The notes beneath the pieces are model-generated. The model worked only from the letters and a program-made list of their open reading frames with translations. It did not search any database and was not told the DNA's origin. A program made the translations under genes and the position numbers. From the NCBI GenBank assembly GCA_043800755.1, contig JAZDMQ010000092.1, forward strand, positions 1 to 27,673: DNA of 27,673 nucleotides. Direction: 5' to 3'. This DNA comes from a bacterium. Its GTDB lineage: Bacteria > Methylomirabilota > Methylomirabilia > CAVQYV01. Positions 20,199 to 27,673 of the stretch are shown in pieces (the first letter of the stretch is position 1; every line of letters begins with the position of its first letter).

Positions 20199-21614
20199 CT
20201 ATATTCTCTTTCGCCTGTTCGATGAAGGGATTTTCAACTGAGCCCGATACTTGGAAATGGTCCTTCGGGAGATGTTAATCCCCCTCTCTTTTAGGGCTTG
20301 AGCCAACCTCTGGTCGCTGATTGGCTTCTCCCCACCCTCTTCATGGATGATCTTTCTGAGTTGCTCTTTAACATTCACTGAGGAGATGATTCCGCCATCC
20401 TCGGAGGAAAGACCACGATGGAAAAAGTATTTGAGGCCAAATACCCCTTGGGGGGTGTATACATATTTGTTGGTGGTTACCCGGCTGACGGTTGATTCGT
20501 GCATGGAGATATCCTCAGCCACCTCTTTTAAGGTCAAAGGCCGCAAGAAATCGATGCCATCATCCAAAAAACGGCTTTGGAATTTTACCAGACTCTCGGC
20601 GACCTTGTAGAGGGTACGCTCCCTCTGTTCAATGCTCCGGATCAACCAGATTGCCTGTCGCATCTTTTCCTCGATGTAGTTCCGGGTTTCAGTGGTGTCC
20701 CAACGCTTCTCTGAAAAAATCCGGCGATAGTAGGGGCTTATCCGCAGCCGGGGCAACCCGTCATCATTGAGGGTAATGATGTACTCGCCCTCGATCTTAG
20801 AGATGAAGACATCGGGCATGATATATTGGGGGTCCTCGGTGCTGAATGAGCGTCCCGGCTTGGGATCCAATCTCCCGAGCTGTTGGATGGCATCTTTGAC
20901 CGCATCCATGGAAACATTGAGCCGTTCCGCAATCTCATTCCATCGTTTCTCTCCCAGTTCCTTCATATGATGGGCAACGATCTTTGCCACCAGGCTCTCC
21001 CCTTGTTGGAGACCTCTAAGCTGTAGGATTAAGCATTCCTTCAGATCCCTGGCGGCAATTCCTGAAGGATCAAAGCCTTGGATTAGGAAAAGGGCCGTTT
21101 CCGCCTCTTCTAATGATACCTGGGTCTCCTTTGCCACCTCGTCCAAGGAAACCTGCAAATAACCGTTGTCACTGAGATTGCCAATGATATAAGCTCCCGC
21201 CTCCAGGAGCCCCTCATCTCCTGTCGAGACATGGAGTTGCAATAGGAGATGCTCGGAGAGCGACCTTGGTTTGTAGAGAAGGCCCTCCAGAGAACTGGGT
21301 CCCTTTTCCTCCCTGGAAATCGGCGAATAAGAATCCGATGCACTCTCCATGTAACTCTCCCAGTCTATCTCGGATTTCTCAAGCCTTCCCTCCAGTATAT
21401 TATCTTCTCTAAGAACATCCACGCCATTTTCCGGGGGCTCTTCCGCAGTAATCGTCAACTCTTCCTCAAGCAGCGGATTCTCCATGACATGCTGGTTAAG
21501 AACCTGCAAAAGCTCCAGTCGTGATAGCTGGAGAAGCTTGATGGCCGCCTGCAACATGGGGGTGATCGCCAATCGCTGTGTCTGTCGCAGGCTTAATCCA
21601 ATTTCGATGCCCAT
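20199..21614 (-). CDS. rpoN: RNA polymerase sigma-54 factor
   Basis: TPMLQAAIKLLQL, HESTVSR, RpoN box SRRTISKYR. Confidence 0.97.
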   Translation of the reverse strand: MGIEIGLSLRQTQRLAITPMLQAAIKLLQLSRLELLQVLNQHVMENPLLEEELTITAEEPPENGVDVLREDNILEGRLEKSEIDWESYMESASDSYSPISREEKGPSSLEGLLYKPRSLSEHLLLQLHVSTGDEGLLEAGAYIIGNLSDNGYLQVSLDEVAKETQVSLEEAETALFLIQGFDPSGIAARDLKECLILQLRGLQQGESLVAKIVAHHMKELGEKRWNEIAERLNVSMDAVKDAIQQLGRLDPKPGRSFSTEDPQYIMPDVFISKIEGEYIITLNDDGLPRLRISPYYRRIFSEKRWDTTETRNYIEEKMRQAIWLIRSIEQRERTLYKVAESLVKFQSRFLDDGIDFLRPLTLKEVAEDISMHESTVSRVTTNKYVYTPQGVFGLKYFFHRGLSSEDGGIISSVNVKEQLRKIIHEEGGEKPISDQRLAQALKERGINISRRTISKYRAQLKIPSSNRRKRI

Positions 21615-21687
21615 GACCTTAACCCTTCACCAATACAGGAATGGACAGCTGAAGCTTCTGCTTCCGTTCCAATGCGCCCAAAGATAG

Positions 21688-22416
21688 TTAGAGCGAAAAC
21701 TCATCTCCCAGATAGAGTTCCCTGGCCTGATCGTTACTCGCCAAGTCCTCGGCGCTGCCATCGAAGAAAATCTTGCCCCCAAAAATCAAGTAGGCTCGAT
21801 CAACGGTGGTCAGGGTCTCCCGCACATTATGATCCGTCACTAGGACACCGATGCCCTTCCTCTTCAGTTCGGATATGATCGCCTGGATGTCGAGAATTGC
21901 CAAGGGATCCAATCCGGCGAAGGGCTCGTCCAGCAGAATAAAGGAAGGGGAACTGGCCAGGGAGCGAGCGATTTCCACCCTCCGCCTCTCTCCCCCAGAT
22001 AGCGTATAGGCCTTGGCTTTCGCCAGATGGGAAATGTTCAACTCTGCCAAGAGCCTCTCCGCCATTTCTCCCTGTTCCCGTTCTTTCAATCCTTTGATCT
22101 CCATAATGGCGAGCAAGTTCTCTTCCACCGTCAGTTTCCGGAATACGGAGGGTTCTTGAGGCAAATAGCCAACGCCTTTCCTGGCTCGAAGATAAACTGG
22201 CAGGTGGGTCACGTCTTCCTCGTCAATGAAGACCTTTCCACCGTTTGGCCGGAGTAGCCCGAGGATCATGTAGAAGGTGGTCGTCTTCCCTGCCCCATTG
22301 GGACCTAACAGGCCCACTACTTCTCCTGCCCCGAGCTGTAAGCTCACACCGCCGACGACCTCTTTTTTGAAAAAGGCCTTCCTCAGGCCCTCTGCTCTAA
22401 TCGAAGGACTCATCAA
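21688..22416 (-). CDS. lptB: LPS export ABC transporter ATPase
   Basis: GPNGAGKTTTFY, YLPQEPSVFRKL, LSGGERRRVEIAR, LLDEPFAG, TDHNVRETL. Confidence 0.96.
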   Translation of the reverse strand: MMSPSIRAEGLRKAFFKKEVVGGVSLQLGAGEVVGLLGPNGAGKTTTFYMILGLLRPNGGKVFIDEEDVTHLPVYLRARKGVGYLPQEPSVFRKLTVEENLLAIMEIKGLKEREQGEMAERLLAELNISHLAKAKAYTLSGGERRRVEIARSLASSPSFILLDEPFAGLDPLAILDIQAIISELKRKGIGVLVTDHNVRETLTTVDRAYLIFGGKIFFDGSAEDLASNDQARELYLGDEFSL

Positions 22417-23033
22417 TTACCCTTGCTCCTTGAGGATTTCTCTTGGTTGGCCTTGCTCTTCGGCAGCATCCCCCCCTTGGAGCCCTCTCCTTCCTTGCTC
22501 GGATAAAAGATGGAAATCACTCTCTCTTTTCCATCCCCCTCCACAATGCTTCGGTCTTCCTTTCGCAGGAGGGTCATCTTGCTACCGACAATGACATTAT
22601 CTCCTTGCCAGATCTTGGGATTTCCGGTGAGGATCAGCACATCTTGATCGTTCAAATAAACCGCCTTATCGGCAGTTGCCGTCTTTTCAGGATCCACCAT
22701 ACGAACGTCACCTTCCGCTGTAATCTTCTGGATCTCTTCCATCTTTTCATCAAATAGAAATTCCATTCTGCGAGCATAGATGGTGAAGTCATCTTTCCTG
22801 ACAATTACATTGTCGAGGTAGTTGACAACGTGGAGTTTTCGGTTCGCCTCCATTCGATTTGCAGTAATCGTGATCGGCTTGGGGGGCTCTGCCTTTTTCT
22901 TGTCCATCTCTTTGCTGGTCGGAGCCGGTTTAGCTGGTTCTGCCCTTCTTTTTTCGGTCTCCCCCGAAGCCGCCCCAAAGAAAGAGAGCAGAAGAAAAAG
23001 TGCCAAAAGAAGACGACGAGTTCTTCTTTTCAC
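22413..23033 (-). CDS. lptA: LPS transport periplasmic protein
   Basis: Signal peptide, PITITANRM, AEGDV, LTGNPKIWQG.N...G (OstA-like); lies between lptC and lptB. Confidence 0.88.
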   Translation of the reverse strand: MKRRTRRLLLALFLLLSFFGAASGETEKRRAEPAKPAPTSKEMDKKKAEPPKPITITANRMEANRKLHVVNYLDNVIVRKDDFTIYARRMEFLFDEKMEEIQKITAEGDVRMVDPEKTATADKAVYLNDQDVLILTGNPKIWQGDNVIVGSKMTLLRKEDRSIVEGDGKERVISIFYPSKEGEGSKGGMLPKSKANQEKSSRSKGN

Positions 23034-23629
23034 GGGTTCCTCCCCAATCGGCTCGGGCTAAATTGCGCATTGGATGGGTCGAAACTCGAAGTAATGTGAG
23101 ACAGAATCTTCACTTCTTCTAATGCGAGATCCGCTTCCATTCCCAACCCCTGAACAATTAAGCCTTCTCGTTTGATGGTTACCTGCTTGTCAGTCGAGAG
23201 CTTCTTGCTCTGAGGCGACCAAAGGACCGAATCGGTCCAAACGGTGGTGCCTTCGCGGGATTGAGCCATCAAATTACCCTGGAGGTTGACCTCTTTGCTC
23301 TGATTGTCTATCTCCCCTTCATCTGCATAGCAGGTTAGGGCATTTTCATCTTCGTACAAGACTAATTTAATCTGTCTCTGCATTTTTGATATCCGAGTGA
23401 TGTTGCTCTGTTCGAAGATCTGGACTTGATCCGCGCTGGCCTCCCACATCCGCTGATCACCCCGCATCTCTACCAAGTGGATATCCTTGAGTTTTGCCTG
23501 AGGGGTCTCCCGGAAGGATTCCCTGGTTGAGGAAGGAATATCGTCCCCCGGCCGGAAGGCTAGAAGCCAGAATCCACAGGCAACGAAGAGAATAATGGAG
23601 ATGATGCAGATCCACGCCCAGCCCTTCAT
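23030..23629 (-). CDS. lptC: LPS export periplasmic protein LptC
   Basis: N-terminal TM helix, W...A, L.GN, TD..V.I, G.GMEADL; synteny. Confidence 0.82.
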   Translation of the reverse strand: MKGWAWICIISIILFVACGFWLLAFRPGDDIPSSTRESFRETPQAKLKDIHLVEMRGDQRMWEASADQVQIFEQSNITRISKMQRQIKLVLYEDENALTCYADEGEIDNQSKEVNLQGNLMAQSREGTTVWTDSVLWSPQSKKLSTDKQVTIKREGLIVQGLGMEADLALEEVKILSHITSSFDPSNAQFSPSRLGRNP

Positions 23630-23703
23630 GAAAGGCCCATACTCCGAAGGCTGAATAACCAACGACCACAAAAGTCCGCCGAATCACGGTCCTCCATGAT
23701 TAA

Positions 23704-23732
23704 AACCTATCAGATCAAGAGACCTTTTTCAA
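23704..23732 (-). promoter_or_regulatory. Putative sigma70 promoter of the lptC operon
   Basis: Minus strand TTGAAA-17 bp-TAGGTT with an extended TGn. Confidence 0.45.
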
Positions 23733-23864
23733 GGTTTTTTTGGATTGTTACCCGCCCCCTCCCTCAACCGAAAACGCCTTGGGCTAAGGCTCGGCTTGGG
23801 ATCTGGCTCAGGAGGCGTAAAACGATAAACGGCCTTCAATAAAGGAGTTTATCAATATTATCTA

Positions 23865-23893
23865 TTGACAAATGTGAGGGAGAAAGCTAACAT
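23865..23893 (+). promoter_or_regulatory. Putative sigma70 promoter, rightward
   Basis: TTGACA-17 bp-TAACAT preceded by an AT-rich tract. Confidence 0.6.
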
Positions 23894-24320
23894 CGCCAAT
23901 TAAGGAATTGGGCTCCTTGGGGGGAGGGGGGGACAACTGAGCCTCCGAGGGTGGCCTCGAAATTGGTCTCTCCATGGCAGTGGCCCATCGCATCTATGCT
24001 CGGCGGACTCAGACCATTTGGTGCCGGTCCTCTTCAGAGAAGGAAGAGGAAAGCCTTTCACAACCAGGAAACTCCCCTGGCAAAGGGAGAGAATTCCCTA
24101 CCTCTGGCTGGGAACCAATTCACAGCCCCTTTCCGCCCAACCCGTTCCGGACGAAGGAGCCCCCCGTTCAATATTTCCAACCAGCAGGATGACCTCTTCT
24201 TTTCGCCGAGAATGACACCTGAGGACTTCGCCCCTTGGTCGGCGTGTCTTTTCTCTCAATTTGCCGAGCTGCGGATGAGTCCGACCGCTGTATTTTTATT
24301 ACCTCGCTTAGTCTACCATT

Positions 24321-24830
24321 GTGAAACTCATCCAAGACGACCTTATTGAGATAGAAAGGCTCCTTTGTCAATCAGAGTTGGTGCCAGGTCTCTTCCACGA
24401 AGTGAACAATGCGCTCACTGCAGTCCTCGGCTACACTCAACTACTGATGGGTTCCCAGGCCGGCAGGGAACAGGAAAGGGCCGACTTAAAAGCAATGGAA
24501 GGGGAAATGCTACGATCCAGGAGGATGATTCAATCCTTCTTGGCCCTTTTTCAGCCTTGTCAAGCAGTGGAAGGCCCCCTGGAGATGAATTTCCTCTTAG
24601 ATCTCCTGCTATGTCCTCTTCAGGATCAACGAAGATTCACGGACATCGTTTTCATGAGGGACCTCTCGCCGGACAATCTCTTTTTCCGGGAAACGTTCCC
24701 TGAATGACGTGTTATTCTAATCAGCCTCCTGCTTCGAGCCGCTCGTGCAACAAACAAGGGAGGAGTTGTGCAAGTAACGACGGCGAAGAGGGAAAAGGGT
24801 AAATGCTTTGAATTAGTTGCTGAGTGCCAC
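24321..24830 (+). pseudogene. Degenerate histidine kinase (HisKA plus start of HATPase)
   Basis: GLFHEVNNALTAVLGYTQLL H-box; in-frame TGA at 24705..24707, then RVILISLLLRAARATNKGGVVQVTT (degenerate N-box region); cut by the IS left end. Confidence 0.7.
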
Positions 24831-24933
24831 GGAGCGCGTGCTATTCTCCGTTGACAATTGACGAAGCGACTCCTTTGTGGTGAAGTGTGTTTGGGCAAGA
24901 AACTCACAACTCCACAGTGAAAGGAGCCGCTCC

Positions 24934-26247
24934 ATGAAGAGCGTATTTCGAATCAGAAGAAAAGGCAAGGTGAAACCGATCGTCCTCTCCACTCTTCAAA
25001 CACCCGAGGATCTGGATGCCAAGTTGGCCCTCATCCAGGTCCTGATCCCCCTGGGCCTCCTGGCGGTGGCCCAGGAACTGAGACGCGAGGTGATCGCCCT
25101 GGCAGGAGAACGGTACTCCCGCACCGGAGGTCTCCCCGGCATCGTCCGCTGGAGCCAGCAGAGGGGCTCGGTCTTCTTGGCCGATCAGAAGGTGGCTGTC
25201 ACCTACCGGAGGCTGCGGGATCGGGCCCAGAACCGTGAAATCCCCTTGCAGACCTACCAGGGCCTCCAGAAGCCCCGTGAGGCCGATGGGAAGCTGCTCC
25301 TCCAGATTCTGCGGGGCCTCAGCTGCCGCTCCTACCTGCCTGCGCAGACAGGTGCCGAATGTGCAGAGGCGATCCCCGCGGCCTTCGGCCTGAGTCCTTC
25401 CTCTGTGTCTCGCCGCTTCATCCGGACCAGCGCGCGGAAGCTCCGCGAGCTCTGCGAGCGTCGATTGGAATCCTATGACTTCGTGGCCCTCTTCCTGGAT
25501 GGAAAGACCTTCGCCGAGGATGAGATGATCATCGCCCTGGGGATCACCCTCTCGGGCGAGAAGGTGATCCTGGGCTTCATCCAGACCGGGACGGAGAATG
25601 AGCGCGTTTGCTCGGACTTCCTTCAGACCCTCTTGGAACGAGGCCTGCGGATGGACCCAGGCCTCCTTTGCATCCTCGATGGGTCCAAGGGCCTCCATAA
25701 GGCTATCCAGAAGGTCTTTGGATCCCAGGCCCTCATCCAGCGCTGCCACCTGTCTGCGTGCAACGCACAGGCAGAGTGGCACAAAAGGGAGAACGTCGTA
25801 AGCTACCTCCCTAAGTCCCAGCAAGCCCTCTGGCGGAGGAAGCTGCAAGAGGCCTATGAGAAGCCCACGTATGCGGAGGCCCATGCCGCTTTGCTCCGTT
25901 GCCGGCAGGAGCTGCGCCTGATCAATGTCTCTGCCATCGCCAGCCTGGATGAGGGGATGGAGGAGACCTTAACGCTCCATCGCCTGGGCGTCTTTTCTGC
26001 CTTGGGCATCAGTCTCAAGACCACCAACTGCCTGGAGTCCCTGATGGCCCAAGTAGGGCAACGAACGGGTAAGGTGGACCGCTGGAGAAACAGCGATCAG
26101 AAGCAGAGATGGGTGGCCTCTGCTCTGCTGGACATCGAACCGAGACTTCGCCGCATCAAGGGATACCGCCATCTTCCTACGCTCCGGGCCGCCCTGCGGA
26201 CAGAGATTCAGGGAAAGGAGGTTGCAGCAGCGAATGCGGTAGCTTAA
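24934..26247 (+). CDS. IS256/Mutator-family DDE transposase with two in-frame insertions
   Basis: LFLDG, ALGI..GEK.ILG, ILDGSKGL, QRC[insert]WHKREN, TTNCLES; AGGAG RBS before ATG 24934. Confidence 0.9.
   Translation: MKSVFRIRRKGKVKPIVLSTLQTPEDLDAKLALIQVLIPLGLLAVAQELRREVIALAGERYSRTGGLPGIVRWSQQRGSVFLADQKVAVTYRRLRDRAQNREIPLQTYQGLQKPREADGKLLLQILRGLSCRSYLPAQTGAECAEAIPAAFGLSPSSVSRRFIRTSARKLRELCERRLESYDFVALFLDGKTFAEDEMIIALGITLSGEKVILGFIQTGTENERVCSDFLQTLLERGLRMDPGLLCILDGSKGLHKAIQKVFGSQALIQRCHLSACNAQAEWHKRENVVSYLPKSQQALWRRKLQEAYEKPTYAEAHAALLRCRQELRLINVSAIASLDEGMEETLTLHRLGVFSALGISLKTTNCLESLMAQVGQRTGKVDRWRNSDQKQRWVASALLDIEPRLRRIKGYRHLPTLRAALRTEIQGKEVAAANAVA
25336..25353 (-). repeat. 18-bp palindromic in-frame insertion (adds LPAQTG)
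   Basis: ACCTGCCTGC-GCAGACAGGT near-perfect palindrome at 25334..25353; removing 18 bp gives TCC TAC GCC GAA TGT (SYAEC). Confidence 0.75.
25748..25774 (+). repeat. 27-bp palindromic in-frame insertion (QRC-HLSACNAQAE-WH)
   Basis: ACCTGTCTGCGTGCAACGCACAGGCAG; removing it gives CGC TGC CAG TGG CAC (RCQWH). Confidence 0.85.
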
Positions 26248-26297
26248 TCCCATGAGGGAGTCCGCTGACCAATTTCAACGAAGAATGGGATTGACTC

Positions 26298-26556
26298 CCC
26301 AAATGATGATTACGTGAAGTTGATACTTGAGCGATCGCTGTTCGAAGAAACAGTCTACAGCGGCGAATCTGCTTCACTGAATGACCAGGGTTTTCAAACG
26401 ATTTCGGTGCAGCTCAGAGCGCTCGGTCTGATTACGACGAAGTATACAAAGACGGTCCAGGGAGGCATGGCCTTGTTTTGGCATCTCATGCCAAAGGGTG
26501 AACGACTAATGCTTGAACTCCGCACAGTTCGAACGGGGAAGGCTGGAGGCGCTTAA
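26298..26556 (+). pseudogene. 3' remnant of an integron cassette gene, resembling the C-terminus of DUF4062-domain proteins
   Basis: FQTISVQLRALGLI...FWHLMPKGERLMLELR; begins at the IS right end and its TAA stop lies inside the attC R'' box. Family call is from recall only. Confidence 0.55.
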
Positions 26557-26619
26557 CAAGTGGTTCCAGCCGACGGTCCTGGCTTCGCTCGGCCCACGGC
26601 TGAACCAACGGCGTTGGGT
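26551..26619 (+). other. Integron attC recombination site
   Basis: R'' GCTTAAC (RYYYAAC) at 26551..26557; TGGTTCCAGCCG pairs with CGGCTGAACCA leaving one extrahelical base; R' GTTGGGT (GTTRRRY) at 26613..26619; 69 bp. Confidence 0.9.
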
Positions 26620-26626
26620 AAAAAAT

Positions 26627-26690
26627 ATGAACAAACTAATATCCCTACATAAGCATTGGATAACTGCTGATTCCATAAAGCAAGTTATTG
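26627..26690 (+). pseudogene. 5' remnant of a second cassette gene
   Basis: ATG 7 bp after R'; AT-rich MNKLISLHKHWITADSIKQVI, then an abrupt switch to repeats. Confidence 0.55.
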
Positions 26691-26752
26691 ACGGGAGAAC
26701 GGACAACGGGAGAACGACAAGACAACGGGGTCACATCTTCATATGTCATTTT
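26691..26752 (+). repeat. Stuttered repeats and putative left end of the Y1 transposase element
   Basis: ACGGGAGAACG twice (26691, 26706), GACAACGGG twice (26702, 26721), then GGGGTCACATCTTCATATGTCATTTT. Confidence 0.6.
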
Positions 26753-26791
26753 ATTCTTGACTCGAATCGGAGTTTATGGCAGTAATCCCTC

Positions 26792-27673
26792 ATGGCCCGA
26801 CCTCTTCGATTAGACCACCCGGATACCTACTACCATGTTCTCTCTCGGGGGAATGAAAAGAGGGAGATCTATCGTGACGAGAAAGACTACCTCCGATTCT
26901 TAGAGGGCATGGGCAAGACGGTAGGGCGCTTCCAATTGGAGATACACGCCTATGTATTGATGGGCAATCATTATCATTTGCTCCTCCACACCCAGGATGC
27001 CATCCTCTCCCGTGCCATCCAGTGGCTGGGGGTCAGCTATTCGGTCTGGTACAATCGCCGGCACGGGCGAAGCGGACATCTGTTTCAGGGGCGATTCAAG
27101 AGCTTTCTGGTACAAGACGACCGCTACTTTCTTGCCATGTGCTTTTACATTCATGGAAACCCCCTGCGGGCGGGCATTGTAAAGAAGCTGTCCGATTACC
27201 GGTGGAGCAGCTATCCTGCCTATGCAGATAAGCGGTCCCAGCCCCCCTGGTTGACCACGGATCTAGTGCTCGGCATGCATGGGGGAAGCCGGAAGAGCTT
27301 TTTGGAAGTCCAGCAATCCTTTTTGGAAGAGAAGCGGAACCCCTTGGAAGATCTCCGGCATGGATTGTACCTGGGAACCGAAGAGTTCTCAGAGGAGTGT
27401 AGGGAGAGGGCCCAAAACGAGGGGCATCGAGAAAAGCCTCAGGCCAGACTGCTCCTGAGGGACAGAGACCTCCAGGCGCTTTCTCGCAGCGTACTGGAAG
27501 GGTTAGGAGAGGAATATCCGGATTCGGTCCTGCATCCTCGCAGGAGACTTTGCGCGAACCGGGATGTGGCCATCTATATCCTATACCAATTGGGCGTGTA
27601 TCGGAATGAGGAAATCGGAAGGGTCTTTGGAGTGGGATATACCGCAATTACCGGAGCGGTGAAGCGAGGGCAG
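26792..27673 (+). CDS. Y1/HUH (RAYT-like) transposase with C-terminal HTH, 3' end runs off the window
   Basis: Not in the ORF track; translated by hand: MARPLRLDHPDTYYHVLSRGNEKREIY...AYVLMGNHYHLLL (HUH)...YNRRHGRSGHLFQGRFKS...YIHGNPLRAG...YRWSSY...RDVAIYIL...EEIGRVFGVGYTAI. Confidence 0.92.
   Translation, partial: MARPLRLDHPDTYYHVLSRGNEKREIYRDEKDYLRFLEGMGKTVGRFQLEIHAYVLMGNHYHLLLHTQDAILSRAIQWLGVSYSVWYNRRHGRSGHLFQGRFKSFLVQDDRYFLAMCFYIHGNPLRAGIVKKLSDYRWSSYPAYADKRSQPPWLTTDLVLGMHGGSRKSFLEVQQSFLEEKRNPLEDLRHGLYLGTEEFSEECRERAQNEGHREKPQARLLLRDRDLQALSRSVLEGLGEEYPDSVLHPRRRLCANRDVAIYILYQLGVYRNEEIGRVFGVGYTAITGAVKRGQ

Larger units (their letters stand above)
24832..26297 (+). mobile_element. IS256-family insertion sequence
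   Basis: Imperfect terminal IRs: left GAGCGCGTGCTATTCTCCGTTGACAAT, right (reverse complement) GAGTCAATCCCATTCTTCGTTGAAATT. Encloses one transposase; no target duplication visible. Confidence 0.85.

Noticed and set aside
23771..23822. Imperfect hairpin ACGCCTTGGGC...GCTCAGGAGGCGT between the divergent promoters
   Set aside because: Does not match any RNA family I can support, and the pairing is weak for GC-rich DNA.
24705..24707. TGA as selenocysteine or recoding
   Set aside because: Not a Cys-equivalent position, no convincing SECIS-like hairpin, and TGA is a normal stop elsewhere in the window.
24904..25884. 326-aa antisense ORF inside the IS
   Set aside because: Shadow of the GC-rich transposase frame with no recognisable motifs.
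26691..26730. Repeats as a CRISPR array
   Set aside because: Units are 9-11 bp, there are no proper spacers and no cas genes.
26900..27647. Minus-strand ORFs 26900..27154 and 27096..27647
   Set aside because: Antisense to the Y1 transposase that the ORF track missed.

Overview
Bacterial window of moderately high GC; gene order suggests a Gram-negative, deltaproteobacteria-like lineage (inference). About 23.7 kb is core chromosome on the minus strand: lptC-lptA-lptB-rpoN-hpf-hprK (short)-rapZ-EIIA(Man)-GH57-ptsH-gcvH-large TPR protein-ExeA-like ATPase-lysC-cimA, then a frameshifted HAMP adenylate cyclase, a TPR protein, comEA-like, scpA-scpB-rluB, an SDR, an RraA-family protein and a partial Nramp-like transporter. 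The last 4 kb, on the plus strand, is a layered mobile-DNA hotspot: a histidine kinase pseudogene cut by an IS256-family element, then a truncated integron cassette with a clear attC site, then a second cassette broken by a Y1/HUH (RAYT-like) transposase with a stuttered left end. The most unusual signal is two related tiny palindromes (18 and 27 bp, ACCTGTCTGCG[TGCAACGCA]CAGGCAG) inserted in frame, in opposite orientations, inside the IS256 transposase; one splits its conserved CxxH motif.
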